Assembly (NCBI GenBank): GCA_965644295.1
Contig: CBFFRP010000076.1
Coordinates: 99,324-163,323 of the forward strand
Length of the DNA: 64,000 nt
Reading direction: 5' to 3'
Source of the DNA: Paraphysomonas bandaiensis
Lineage: Eukaryota; Protista; Chrysophyceae
Shown: positions 1 to 11,928 of the stretch, in pieces
Position numbering within the stretch: position 1 is the stretch's first letter
Layout: the number at the start of each line of letters is the position of its first letter
Notes under the pieces: generated by a model
What the model was told of the DNA's origin: nothing
What the model saw: only the letters and a program-made list of their open reading frames with translations
The model's database searches: none
Position numbers and translations under genes: made by a program

Positions 1-701
1 TCCCAAGCACTCCTACACAGGATAAATCCCGGTAGTACAGTATCAGGAAGAGGTGCCTCACTTCCGTTGCTTAGTGTTCGATGTCCAATTTGTCGCAAGA
101 ATATATGTGTTACTACAGGATCTCTTATATCATCTGACCAACAGGACGACAGCGATTGTACCAGCAATGATAATGACTCTAGTTTACTCGCATCCGGTGT
201 CTCTGACGACGCGGTCAGTGATACTATACTTGCCAGATCTAGCGGAGAGGAGTCTCTCGGAACTACCGGCGATATAAGAGTCGATCATCCCCAGGCTCCT
301 GTATCATCATTTCCTTTATTCTTTATGCGTATGGCGATGGAAATTGTGTCTATGAGCTCTGGAAGAAGGACAGCATGGCGGAGACGAAACAGAGATGACT
401 TGCGGGTAGATTCCAGAAGGCAGGAGTTGTCACCCTCGAGTTTAGAGACTGCGGTAAGTTCCGTGTCGTGGCAGAGAGCGCTCTTTCTATAGTATTTATA
501 CAAAGCTCTATTCCAGTCGTATAAACATTTCTATGCTAATAGTGATGTTATATTTACTTTTAGGTTGACCAGGTTATTGCAGTGTTTCCCCAATTTCCGA
601 GAGACATGATTGCTCGGGACCTCAGGCAGACGGAGTCCGTAGATGGGACTATCGAAAATATCCTTGCTGGACGGATTCAAGTATTTTTACCACGTGAATG
701 A
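1..701 (+). CDS. 3' part of a RING-finger/CUE-domain E3 ubiquitin ligase (AMFR/gp78/RIN2-like)
   Basis: RING C-terminal 'RCPICRK'. GTAAGT..TAG intron 454-563, then exon VDQVIAVFPQFPRDMIARDLRQTESVDGTIENILAGRI (CUE consensus), stop 699-701. 5' end is outside the window. Confidence 0.75.
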
Positions 702-1392
702 CACTCATTTGGGATGCATATATGTATATAACTCTTCTGAAGACTTTCGTAAGGAATAAATGTACCAGAAAGCGCTATCTACATGTATATTACTATACTA
801 TTTACATGAATGTGTGTTGATACACGGTATTGCGTAGTTAAATGTACATACTAAATATTAATTAAATGTCCAACGTGTATTATTAGCCTCAATTTAGTCA
901 AATAACACAATTTCAATGATACAATATGACCCCTATACCCTATCTCTGGTCAATGTATATATGTATATACACTGTAGTGCTCAAGACCTAACCACCAGTG
1001 CACTAGTCCTATTTACAAAATTTAGCCACACAAAACGCTCTTTTCTTCTCACTTCTCTTATTTATCCTCAAATATTCTCTCAACTTCTTTCTCGTATCAT
1101 ACAACGAGACCGTTACTCACTCTTCATATACACCATATGTTTGTACAAGCCAATACTTATATAGTTCAGTGAAGTGACTGAAGTTAAAGATGCCATATTC
1201 ATATTTCATATTAACTGTTGCGTGCATTGTCGTCTAAACTATGCAGAAACCGTCATATGAACTGCCTCTATTTTACCGGATTTTTTCTACATCCATAATG
1301 TAGTCACCTCCGTTACCAACCAAAATCTTCAATCAAAGTATCATTCGGAAGCTCTCCAGTACGAGAGTGGTACAATGAAGGACTACTGGCGG

Positions 1393-1481
1393 AGCTTACA
1401 ATAATATATATGGAAGTAGCAATGCATAGAAAGAAGACCTGCCTCGAGCAATGGATACACAGCCGCATACAACGATGTAGC
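1393..1481. repeat. 89-bp direct repeat, copy 1, heading a (TATG)n array
   Basis: agcttacaataatatatatggaagtagc...acaacgatgtagc reads identical to 55087-55175. Confidence 0.95.
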
Positions 1482-1865
1482 TATGTATGTATGTATGTAT
1501 GTATGTATGTATGTATGTATGTATGTATGTATGTATGTATGTATGTATGTATGTATGTATGTATGTATGTATGTATGTATGTATGTATGTATGTATGTAT
1601 GTATGTATGTATGTATGTATGTATGTATGTATGTATGTATGTATGTATGTATGTATGTATGTATGTATGTATGTATGTATGTATGTATGTATGTATGTAT
1701 GTATGTATGTATGTATGTATGTATGTATGTATGTATGTATGTATGTATGTATTAATGTATGTATGTATGTATGTATGTATGTATGTATGTATGTATGTAT
1801 GTATGTATGTATGTATGTATGTATGTATGTATGTATGTATGTATGTATGTATGTATGTATGTATG
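1482..1865. repeat. (TATG)n microsatellite, ~380 bp
   Basis: Near-perfect tetranucleotide array ending ~95 bp upstream of the METTL16 ATG. Confidence 0.99.
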
Positions 1866-1959
1866 GATGGATCTTGTCTATGTTTTGATGGTGTTGTGGT
1901 TATGGAATGCATCAGTGGTTTGTATATACATGTCCTTATATATCTAGTGGAATCATCGC

Positions 1960-4062
1960 ATGCATCCTCTCAACCCGTATAAGGACAATAGACCGGACTT
2001 CGCGGAGCTGTCTCGTCTGTACCCGGATGTCATGCGCAAGCAGTATGTTATGTTGTGTTATCGTCCCTTATATGATGCGTGTGTTGTGTCAGTGTCATCG
2101 TGTTCAACAATGGAGAGGCATGCTTGAACTGGAGGGATCCGGAGTCTCAGCGGTGTGTGTAGTGTGTGCTTGTAGATGAGTTATGTGTATGTGATGGTAC
2201 TGTGCAGAGCTCTCACAGAGGTGCTCCTTCATCGTGACTTCAACTTGAGGGTCTCTCTCCCTCATGACAAGCTTTGCCCCCCTTTACCTAACAGATTGAA
2301 TTATATCTGCTGGCTATCCGATCTTTTTACTTCTGGTAAAGACTGGACGACGAGTGTCACGAATGCCAGCTGGGAGCGACCACATATTCTCGACATTGGC
2401 ACTGGCGCATCGTGTATTTACCCTTTACTAGGAAACAGGTTCTTAGGCTGGAAGTTCACGGGTAGTGATATTGACGTGCATTCGTTGGAGTGGGCACAGG
2501 GAATCTTACGAGAAAATTCGATACCTGAGTCCGATATTGCGCTCGTGTTAGTGGGAGGAAGTAAGAGTCTACAACAATCTTTTCGTGAGTGGTTGTCTAA
2601 CACTCAGCCCCTGCTACAATGTTTGCAATCCAGCAATACCGCCGGTGTGTGTGAGGCTATGCGTGGGCCGGTACGTCAGGCTCTGGTTAGCATGGGTGGT
2701 ATATATGCGCAAACTGTGTTGTGGTGTGAAAATGTGGTCTTATCACACGGTCCAGTGGACAATGGAGAGATTCCACCTACTGTTTTGACGGGTTGTATGA
2801 CTAACCCACCCTTCTACAGCCTTCAGGAACAGGTACTATTCTAGTTATCACACGCCTATTGTGATTCCGTTTGTACAGATCGAGGAGAGCCCTCTTGCAG
2901 TATGCACCGGTTCTTCTACTGAGATGGCTACAGAAGGTGGAGAGGTAGCCTTTGTCCTGGGCATACTTGCTGACTCACTGATACTACGGGACCGGTAATC
3001 TCAGGACATGCACTCCTTGTATCATTCTACGTACTATTATTCTCTGTGTTTTTTCTCAATCATGATTCTTTTAATGTAGAGTGGAATGGTATTCGTCAAT
3101 GTTGGGTAAGCGTTCTTCTCTTCGACACTTGTTGCGCGCACTTCGATCGGAAGGAGTTAGTCGGATATACTCGACACGATTTATACAGGGATCAACGGTG
3201 CGCTGGGGAATCGCATGGACGTTTTTAGCTCCGGGTCCTGGGGAAGATCCACTCCGACACCACAAGGTATTCGGCGCCAAGAAAGCAGCAAGTCGACGTC
3301 CTGTTAGCAGTGAGTTATGCACCCTTTCCGTAGAACACATGGTGCGAACTGCCTTGATTGGCGAACGGCGCTATGCGGCTCTTGCAACTGAGGAGGAGGG
3401 GTGGGGAGCGGGTCCATGGAGTGAAGATAGCATTCTTGAGTTCCTTCGTTGTACGGAATGGGGCGCTGGGGGACGCGTTCCAGCCCCATGGGTTACTCCA
3501 CCTGGTGTATTGATGCTATCTCTTCTACGGGTTGTTAGTGCACACTGCGTTCGTGTGGATGGGGGCGAAGGGAGAGTTTATGGGTGGAAACATGTCTCGG
3601 AACCCTGTGAGAATGATGAAGATTGTGTTGGGATTGATGTAACTCTTCGTCTCAGCTGCAGCACTCAACAACCCTCTTGTGCTGTTCTCACTATCGTGAC
3701 ACATACAGAAGACTGTTGTAGAGACTATGTAAATTGTTCGGAAGATGTCAATGAGCAGTCAAGCAAGCGTCGTAGACCTGCTGAGGCCAAAAATAGTAAT
3801 GTTGACGGCCCTGTAGTCTCATTTTCTATAGAGCTAAAATGCGATGCTGCTGACTCTACTTCTCCCTCCGGCACTGCAGAGGAGAGGTGACGTACTGCAT
3901 AGCATCAATGATGTGTTAATATAACTACAGGAAATTATTTTTCAAGCTCTTTGACCTTTTAAAGGCTGATATACTACGTACAAATCGAAGGTGATCAATG
4001 CGCACAATATTTTTACATTAATACTTGTTTTCAGGTGGCGAAGAATACTTGGAAAGTCGTAA
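1960..4062 (+). CDS. METTL16: METTL16/RlmF-family RNA m6A methyltransferase, multi-exon
   Basis: MHPLNPYKDNRPDFAEL N-terminus; LCPPLPNRLNYICW, LDIGTGASCIYPLLG, CMTNPPFY, TEGGEVAFV, WYSSMLGK and FIQGSTVRWGIAWTF motifs; GT-AG introns. The two last small exons are tentative. Confidence 0.9.
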
Positions 4063-4615
4063 AGTGGAGGTTGCTATAACTTACTAAATGAAAACTGGTA
4101 TGTTGCAGCACACGTAGTGAGATATGAAGCGATGAAGTTTATAGTGTATATCATTTTTTCTTAGCTAGTTAAATTTCTTGTTTAGCTTGTAAATGTATGC
4201 TCCGAACTTTATATATTACAGTGTTGAACTATGTAATAATTTAGAGAACTCGGATTAGGAAATCTGTTACTTGAAATAATTTCTGTCCAAATGCATACAG
4301 ACGACTTCGATAACGGTTAGCTTTATTACAGATATAGTAAATAGTAAACTATAAACTACACCCAGCAATTTTACCAATTGCAGGCGATTCCTTAAGTTCA
4401 AGTTAGTTGTTGTACATCTAGCACTATACCACGTGCATCCCTGTTATAATAAGTAGGATACAAAATATTTTTAATTGAAAGTAGTGAATGTCTTATTATT
4501 AGCAATTAGCAATAGGCGTTTAAGAATCAGAACTAATATCAGAACAACTAGCTAGTGCTTCACTGATATTCTACAATAATTTAACGCCCTGTATCAAGTT
4601 ATAACACTATTGGAT

Positions 4616-5113
4616 CCCTCAACAAAGTCGGACTCGCACCGTTTCGTGGTGTTCTGGGGGATAAGTACCGGAGAGATTCTCTCTGGGAAACTAACGTGAG
4701 CCGCAAACATAGTCAGCAGATAATGTTCTGCCCACTCATAGCCGAATGCTTGTGTGGTACTAAGGACACCTATAAGTGTCACTTGTGTAGACGTCTTTGG
4801 GCCTTGACGAATAAACAGGCATCCGGGACAGGGCTACCTGAAGGGTAACCGCGGTATTGGACTGCCTGCTGAAGTCAAGCATCCGGGATGTTCACCTTAA
4901 GGACTCTCAGAACAACGGAAGTGGTCGCACCTTGGTGCTTGCGGCGACGCACAAGCAGCTTTCGTAGCGTGAAGTAGTAGGATACAAAAAGTGTGTACTG
5001 ATTAGTTACAGACAGCAGGTAGAGGCCTAACTAGGTTGACTAGCATTCACCTAGCTACTAAATCGGTACATGCTTATAACAACACCTACTGCTAATAATA
5101 AGACTTTCAATAT
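4616..5113 (+). mobile_element. Family A element (unclassified, asymmetric ends), short copy 1
   Basis: Starts CCCTCAACAAAGTCGGACTCGCACC and ends AATAATAAGACTTTCAATAT. Flanked by acactattggat / acacaattgaat, where the empty site at 38671-38682 reads acacaattggat. Confidence 0.8.
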
Positions 5114-5397
5114 ACACAATTGAATGATTTACTGGACATGTTTGTATATGTATTCACTAATAAATCTTGTTAAAATTATTATAAGCAATACCTCTTCTCA
5201 TTCATCAATTTTATGTCATCTCTACGACCAATCATTTCTCTTACGATCTTACATCGCCACTATCTTGTATATGATCGATATAATATTATATTCAGTTTCG
5301 TTACTACAGTAGCTATCCTGTTGTTAGTTCTCATAAAACTGTTAACCACTAGTGTATTCTTCGACTAACGGTCATAATTTCAATACCTTAGAATTAC

Positions 5398-5909
5398 ATG
5401 TTTATTGAAAGTCTTATTATTAGCAATATAATAGGCGTTAAAAACCTGCGCCAACTTTGTAGCTAAATGAATGCTAGTCAACCTAGTTAGGCCTCTACCT
5501 GCTGTCTGTAACTAATCAGTACACACTTTTTGTATCCTACTACTTCACGCTACGAAAGCTGCTTGTGCGTCGCCGCAAGCACCAAGGTGCGATTACTTCC
5601 GTTGTTCTGAGAGTCCTTAAGGTGAACATCCCGGATGCTTAACTTCAGCAGGCAGTCCAATACCGCGGTTACCCTTCAGGTAGCCCTGTCCCGGATGCCC
5701 TTGACGTGGGCCCATGCCTGTTTATTCGTCAAGGCCCAAAGACGTCTACACAAGTGACACTTATAGGTGTCCCTTGTACCACACAAGCATTCGGCTATGA
5801 GTGGGCAGAAGAATATCTGCTGACTATGCTTGCGGCTCACGTTAGTTTCCCAGAGAGAATCTCCCCCCCAGAACACCACGGAACGGTGCGAGTCCGACAT
5901 TTTTGAGGG
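5398..5909 (-). mobile_element. Family A element, short copy 2 (inverted relative to copy 1)
   Basis: Reverse complement of most of 4616-5113; exact 12-bp flanking direct repeat ccttagaattac at 5386-5397 and 5910-5921. Confidence 0.85.
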
Positions 5910-6167
5910 CCTTAGAATTACTGCTTTTAATTGCCCAAACACCAAAAGTTAACAGATAGATGTCAAGTATATCAACATTCTGCTTGCTCACTGCGTTTGC
6001 TTAGGTTGATAGAGCGAAAGTTGTTGCGCCTTGATACTTGCGGTGAAGAACAGGCAGCTTTCGTAATTATAATCAGACATATTCACTACTACTACAACTT
6101 AACGCTTTTAACTATAATCAAAAGTTGATAATTATTAGCAATAGAGACGATTCAATGTCAGAACTAG

Positions 6168-7106
6168 TCAAACGCATTGTGCAAGCAGTGTTGATATATA
6201 CCTGACATCTACTAACTTCAGGATTTTTAAGTCCTTAAGGTGAACGGCCCGGATGCTTGAATTCAGCAGGCAACCCACTACCCCGGATGCCCTTGAGGTG
6301 GCCCCATTCCCGGATGTTTGTTTATTCATCAAGGCCCAAAGATGTCTACACAAGTGACACTTATATATATTAGTGTCTCTTGTACCACACGAGCATTCGG
6401 TTGGGTATCAATTAATTGACGCAGGTCGTAGTTAATTATAATTGCAATTATTACTTGCCGTCTCAATTTCAATTATTCCAATGAATTGAAAATCAACTAA
6501 TTGATATGCAGCCCTGCTATCTATAATATCTGCTGACTAAATATGCTGCTCACGTTAGATATATATATGACTATATCCTGTACTTATCAGGCTTGCGTAA
6601 CAATTAACTGGTTTTCAATTTATTGGCAATAATTGCCAATTAATTGGTTTTAATAGTGATAATTCCAATTATTATTATTGGAAATTGTTTCCAATTAATT
6701 GCCAATTAATTGCAATTAGTTGGTTGGCTAATTATATATAGCAACTTAAGATGTATAGCTACTGGTCATAGATACAAACCCATTATCACAAGTTTGGATG
6801 TATGTGCACACAGTCATATTATCATTTTATTAATCATAATTGTGTGCGGCAGTCAATATAAGGGTTACTATACACTCTAACCTCGGCACGAAAGAGAGTA
6901 ATATACTATGTCAAATATATTTGGCAAAGAACCAAAATGAGCACCTCAACAACGATCGTCTAGATGCATAGCATATAAAAGGTGATTGTAGATATTTCAC
7001 TGTTTCGAAATATTCAAGTATAGTAGTGTAGATGATGTTAGATCGCAAGCCTGGTACTTATCCCCCAAAACACCACGAAAAGGTGTGAGTCAGACCTTGT
7101 TGAGGG
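6168..7106 (-). mobile_element. Decayed family A copy broken up by family B insertions
   Basis: Pieces at ~6170-6400, 6525-6560 and 7050-7106 (ending ttgttgaggg) match 19680-20066; CAATTAATTG-rich blocks with gcagccctg / caggcttgcg ends lie between them. Confidence 0.6.
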
Positions 7107-7426
7107 TTTCGGCGTGTTAAACTTTTTATGCTCCATGAAAGGCTAAATATGATGGAAAAGGGAAGTTGATGTCGAATATATATAATTAATATAATGCCAG
7201 ATGGCAGGGCTGCGTATCAATTAATTGTCAATTGTTGAAATTGGGACATAATCAGAAATGCAATTATAATTGACACCAGCTCGCTTCAATTAATTGATAT
7301 TAAAAAATCCACCTTTATATGCTCAAAAGTTGATAATAAACGGTATTTTTATTGAGAAAATCTAATTTTTAGGATAAAAATCGAAGATTGGTGAAAGACT
7401 ATAATATCCCTGGACTGAAGATAAAT

Positions 7427-10400
7427 TGTAGCAAAATTGGGTATGACAAGTATGGGTGATTTAGGAGGTTGTTATGGCTGAAGAATAAGATGAAGTGATG
7501 TAGGTTGTAGTATGAGATGAGATGTAGATGGTAGTTATGATTAGATTAGAAGATACGAGTATTAAGGCCAGATATAGGGTTGGAGTGTACCGTGACTATC
7601 CGTATATACGGATGTAATGGACGTTTATGGTAACCCGTACAGTATTATGATGGTATACGTAGGTATTCTGTAGGATGATATAGGAGTAGATAGCAGGATG
7701 TTAAGGGATTTCTATATGATTATTTCTGGAAGTAGAAAACTAGCTATTTATGGCTGGGAAACCACTTCTAGAATTAACTATGGGGATATAGGTAGAAGGA
7801 TATGGAGTTTTAGATATAATAGTGAAAGTTGATATCGTAGTTGAGTTGAAAGTTAAGAAGTAGCGAAGTAAAGAGTAAGAAGAGGAAGTTAAGTGAAGAG
7901 TGTTGTGAGAAGACTATCCTACCCCACATCACCTGTGCACATGGACAGGGATGATAAGACCAGCAATGTTAGTCATGATAGCGAGGCTCAATCACCCGTA
8001 GTCGTTACACTTGGTGGACAACGTGGGCTGGGTACAGTGGTTGAGAGTGATCAACTCAGCCATGCGTCACCCAGCGCACTATCGGCACGATCTCAGAGAG
8101 AGCCTTTGCCAGAAGAGGGAAACATTGAGAGTATCAGCCTAGGCCATGAGGGAGAGGAGAGACAGGAGACTAAGGAGGAACTGCGGTCCCATGCACAGAA
8201 GGACCTATTGGAGCACGGGCTGAGGATGCAGAGTATGGATGACAGGAAAGGTGGAACCCAACCCAATTGGTCTGGAAGGTCTACAGAGCAGATAGAATGG
8301 ATGCGTGATCCTATTCTTGGAGGCAGAGACCTGGAGATGGGGGATAGGAGTAGTAGAGATGATATGAAGAGCTCGTGGAGGAGCACAGGAAGAGAAGAGA
8401 AAATTAAAAGGAGAGATGATTACGCAAGAGCAGATGATGTGAGGGGCCCGTCAGGAGGTCCTGGATATATTAGAAGAAAGGATTATGCAACAGATGAAGA
8501 TGTGAGGGGCCCATTAGGAGGTCCTGGAGATGATTATATGAAAGATGAAGATTTGAGGGGCCCATCAGGAGGTCCTAGATATAGTAGAAGAGATGATTAT
8601 ATGAAAGATGAAGATTTGAGGGGCCCATCAGGAGGTCCTGGATATAGTAAAAGAGAGGATTATGTGAGAGAAGTGAATTTTAGGGACCTATCCAGAGGTC
8701 TTGGAGAAGAGATAGAAAAGCAGATGAGAGTACCTGAATGGCTGGTGGAGCCTACTAGAGAACGGAGTGTAAAAGGACAGATTGGGAGATTAAGTAGAAG
8801 TGTACAGAGTGAAAGAGAGTTGCATCGACTGTTGATGAGAGAATTCGAAATAGGAGTAGGGAATGAAGGGTTGACTGCAGCGCACCGTCAGGCGTGTGAA
8901 TATTGGCTCCGGAATCGAAGAAGACTATTGAGTGGTAGTATGGAGACGGGTATAAAGATGCTCAGCCAGCTGACTGAACTAAACCGAATAGGGGAGAGGA
9001 TACAGTATGTGGAGGCTCAGCAAGAGGCGCTATTAGCTGCTAGGAAGGAGTTATCAGAGAAGGCAAGGATGTTGTGGATACAAAAAGGAGAGAGCATGTG
9101 TGATAGCAATAGAAGGACCTTAGACAGGATGCGTGTAATGGAGGAAGTTGATGAAACAGATAGTGATGACTGGGAGAACGACGCAGGAGTATATAGGAAG
9201 GGAGTTATGAGAGGGCCTTTATCAGGAATACAGACTATGACACGGGAAGAAGCAGAGACATGTGGATATAAGACATTCTGCCGCTGGTGTAATATGGTGG
9301 GAAAGGAGTACAAGAGTAGTCTGGATCGGCAGTTAGAGGAAAAGTGTCAGAGTTTTCTGAGGACTCGGAATGTTGCGCAGCATGTGTTTGACTTATTGGG
9401 GAAGATACCCATACCTCGATGGATGAGGATGGAGACTGCAGGAAAGCTGAGATTCCAACCTATAGACTTTGATGCTTTAGGACGCTCTGCAGGAATGGTG
9501 AAGAGAGTGGATTGTGTCCAGTTCTTTGATAGTCTTTATGCAGCAGCGCATACTGCGAATATGTCACCCATGAGAATATTAGCGGAGATAAGAGGAGGAA
9601 CAGTATTCAAAGGAGAGTTAGCTGAAGAGGTAAGATGGAGAATGGCATCAGGTGACTTCGAAATGGACATAGATAGGAACAGACGAGCAGAGGATACCCC
9701 TGAGACGGATGTTGTGGCATGGGGATATGCACTGTATCAGTTCTCCATATTGTTTACAGAAGCCTTCGGGGTAAGGATGGATCCTGCAGTATTAATGATG
9801 GAGATCGATAGGTTCGAGTTATCCGACGAATCACCACAGGCGTTTGAGAAGTCTCTGATGGAGTTAAGATATTTAATTACTCAAGCGGGAGTAACTGAGC
9901 CAGAGAGAGAGTTATATCACAAGTTCAAGGTGAAGACTATAGATATGCAACGAGTAGGTAAAAGAGTAGCAGATGAAGTGGAGAGCATTATCCAAATAAA
10001 GCAGTGTATGGGAGTGAGGAACGTGCAATATGATCGGAACTTTTTAGTGTCTACTGTTGCACAGATTGTACCTCGGATAGTGGATCAAGACAGTCTTAAC
10101 AGTAAGAATGAGAAGGTGATAAGGTCGCATGGAGTGTATGCGGGAAGAGCAGCTCCAGAAAAGTGTGAACGAAGGATAGATGGTCTAGATAGAAGTACCC
10201 GACCATGGAAGTTCCTTAAGTGTGAGACATGTGGGTTTAAACACTATATGAACCGTTTTTGTCCATTTAGAGATGATAGGAAGAAAGATGATGGGACATA
10301 TATGAAATGTGCGGAGTTTAACGGATATAAGCCATGGAGATTTGCTAAGTTTGAGGCGAAGACTTTAGAGAAGATATTTGAGGTCATGAAGCAAAATAGC

Positions 10401-11928
10401 AAGGCGTGGCAAGAACTTGGAGATGTGTTGAAAAGAAAATTCGTACAAATGGTAGCCCATGCGAAAGAAGAGCAGGTGAAGGGTATGATGAATGTCTTAC
10501 ATCATGTACGGACCGTAGGAGAGCCGACCAAGGAAAGGGTAGAGGAAGCCAGAGGATTAGAGACGGTGAAGTCAGAAGATGGAAACCAGCAAGTGTCTAA
10601 TAGAAAAGTCAGTGTGGCACATACGATGACGTCACCGGTACAACATGATGATAAGAAGATAAGGATGGATACTTTAACTTGGTGGTGTGGAGAAGCGATT
10701 GTAAGAGGAGAGACAATACCGATGGCAATTCATGTGGATGGTGGATCAGAAGGAGCATTCATGCATGAAGGGCTAGCAGAGGAAATGGGTTTAGAAGTTC
10801 ATGAGTATCCAAGGGATCAACAATATTTGGTGATGGGAACTACAGGACAAGGAAGATGTCCGGAAGGAGTGACAAAGTATGTATATCTATGTATGCGGAT
10901 AGACGGAGTGGAGTATTATGGTGAAATGTTGGGAGAATTGAAGACTGGACATCCGATACAGAGTATATGGAAGTGTAAGTTTGATCTGATACCTAATATG
11001 ACGGCGTCATGCTTATGGGGAGGAGCGGAAGTGAAGGAGTTGAAAGAGCATCGTGCCTTTGTGGTGAGAACACCAGAGGGTATGCCTGTTGTCATGAAAG
11101 GGAAGTCATACGCAGAAACAATAAAATGGATGGCTAAGACGAGACATCGGGTAGCAGAACATCCAGTGTATCAAGATAATATGACGGAAGAACGGAGGGT
11201 CAATACTGTGTGGAAGACAAGACAATACCCTAACCAGTATTGTGTAAGACAATGATACAGGATGAATCTGTGAGAGTTCATGTGGTCAATATGAAGCCAG
11301 ATCGTTATGTTGTTGGACCTATTCAGGTCTTGGATTAGGGGGAAGTGTAGCAAAATTGGGTATGACAAGTATGGGTGATTTAGGAGGTTGTTATGGCTGA
11401 AGAATAAGATGAAGTGATGTAGGTTGTAGTATGAGATGAGATGTAGATGGTAGTTATGATTAGATTAGAAGATACGAGTATTAAGGCCAGATATAGGGTT
11501 GGAGTGTACCGTGACTATCCGTATATACGGATGTAATGGACGTTTATGGTAACCCGTACAGTATTATGATGGTATACGTAGGTATTCTGTAGGATGATAT
11601 AGGAGTAGATAGCAGGATGTTAAGGGATTTCTATATGATTATTTCTGGAAGTAGAAAACTAGCTATTTATGGCTGGGAAACCACTTCTAGAATTAACTAT
11701 GGGGATATAGGTAGAAGGATATGGAGTTTTAGATATAATAGTGAAAGTTGATATCGTAGTTGAGTTGAAAGTTAAGAAGTAGCGAAGTAAAGAGTAAGAA
11801 GAGGAAGTTAAGTGAAGAGTGTTGTGAGAAGACTATCCTACCCCACATCACCTGTGCACATGGACAGGGATGATAAGACCAGCAATGTTAGTCATGATAG
11901 CGAGGCTCAATCACCCGTAGTCGTTACA
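7427..11928 (+). mobile_element. Non-autonomous Ty3/Gypsy-type LTR retrotransposon (Gag-protease only)
   Basis: 583-bp LTRs 7427-8009 and 11346-11928 (TG...CA, no differences seen); 4-bp TSD AAAT; PBS TGGTGGACAAC at ~8012; PPT AGGGGGAAG before the 3' LTR. Confidence 0.93.
7941..11255 (+). CDS. Gag-aspartic protease polyprotein (~1104 aa) with no RT/RNaseH/integrase core
   Basis: Uninterrupted ORF whose first ATG is inside the 5' LTR; Zn-knuckle-like CETCGFKHYMNRFC; retropepsin-like IHVDGGSEGAFM; tandem DDY..DEDLRGPSGGP repeats; no YxDD RT motif seen. Confidence 0.8.
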   Translation: MDRDDKTSNVSHDSEAQSPVVVTLGGQRGLGTVVESDQLSHASPSALSARSQREPLPEEGNIESISLGHEGEERQETKEELRSHAQKDLLEHGLRMQSMDDRKGGTQPNWSGRSTEQIEWMRDPILGGRDLEMGDRSSRDDMKSSWRSTGREEKIKRRDDYARADDVRGPSGGPGYIRRKDYATDEDVRGPLGGPGDDYMKDEDLRGPSGGPRYSRRDDYMKDEDLRGPSGGPGYSKREDYVREVNFRDLSRGLGEEIEKQMRVPEWLVEPTRERSVKGQIGRLSRSVQSERELHRLLMREFEIGVGNEGLTAAHRQACEYWLRNRRRLLSGSMETGIKMLSQLTELNRIGERIQYVEAQQEALLAARKELSEKARMLWIQKGESMCDSNRRTLDRMRVMEEVDETDSDDWENDAGVYRKGVMRGPLSGIQTMTREEAETCGYKTFCRWCNMVGKEYKSSLDRQLEEKCQSFLRTRNVAQHVFDLLGKIPIPRWMRMETAGKLRFQPIDFDALGRSAGMVKRVDCVQFFDSLYAAAHTANMSPMRILAEIRGGTVFKGELAEEVRWRMASGDFEMDIDRNRRAEDTPETDVVAWGYALYQFSILFTEAFGVRMDPAVLMMEIDRFELSDESPQAFEKSLMELRYLITQAGVTEPERELYHKFKVKTIDMQRVGKRVADEVESIIQIKQCMGVRNVQYDRNFLVSTVAQIVPRIVDQDSLNSKNEKVIRSHGVYAGRAAPEKCERRIDGLDRSTRPWKFLKCETCGFKHYMNRFCPFRDDRKKDDGTYMKCAEFNGYKPWRFAKFEAKTLEKIFEVMKQNSKAWQELGDVLKRKFVQMVAHAKEEQVKGMMNVLHHVRTVGEPTKERVEEARGLETVKSEDGNQQVSNRKVSVAHTMTSPVQHDDKKIRMDTLTWWCGEAIVRGETIPMAIHVDGGSEGAFMHEGLAEEMGLEVHEYPRDQQYLVMGTTGQGRCPEGVTKYVYLCMRIDGVEYYGEMLGELKTGHPIQSIWKCKFDLIPNMTASCLWGGAEVKELKEHRAFVVRTPEGMPVVMKGKSYAETIKWMAKTRHRVAEHPVYQDNMTEERRVNTVWKTRQYPNQYCVRQ

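Larger units (their letters stand above)
4588..5945. repeat. AT-rich dispersed repeat D, interrupted by two family A insertions
   Basis: 4588-4615 + 5126-5397 + 5922-5945 are colinear with the uninterrupted copy at 38657-38985. Confidence 0.8.

Noticed and set aside
880-1392. Possible solo LTR upstream of the 89-bp repeat
   Set aside because: No second copy or TSD in the window
4616-5113. Family A as an OMEGA/Fanzor omega-RNA, hammerhead ribozyme or tRNA-derived SINE
   Set aside because: No TnpB/IscB/Fanzor ORF seen, no CTGANGA..GAAA core, and only a one-mismatch B-box-like word without an A-box
4616-5909. A single foldback/TIR transposon of 1.3 kb
   Set aside because: Each arm has its own 12-bp TSD and the spacer is part of repeat D, so these are two separate insertions
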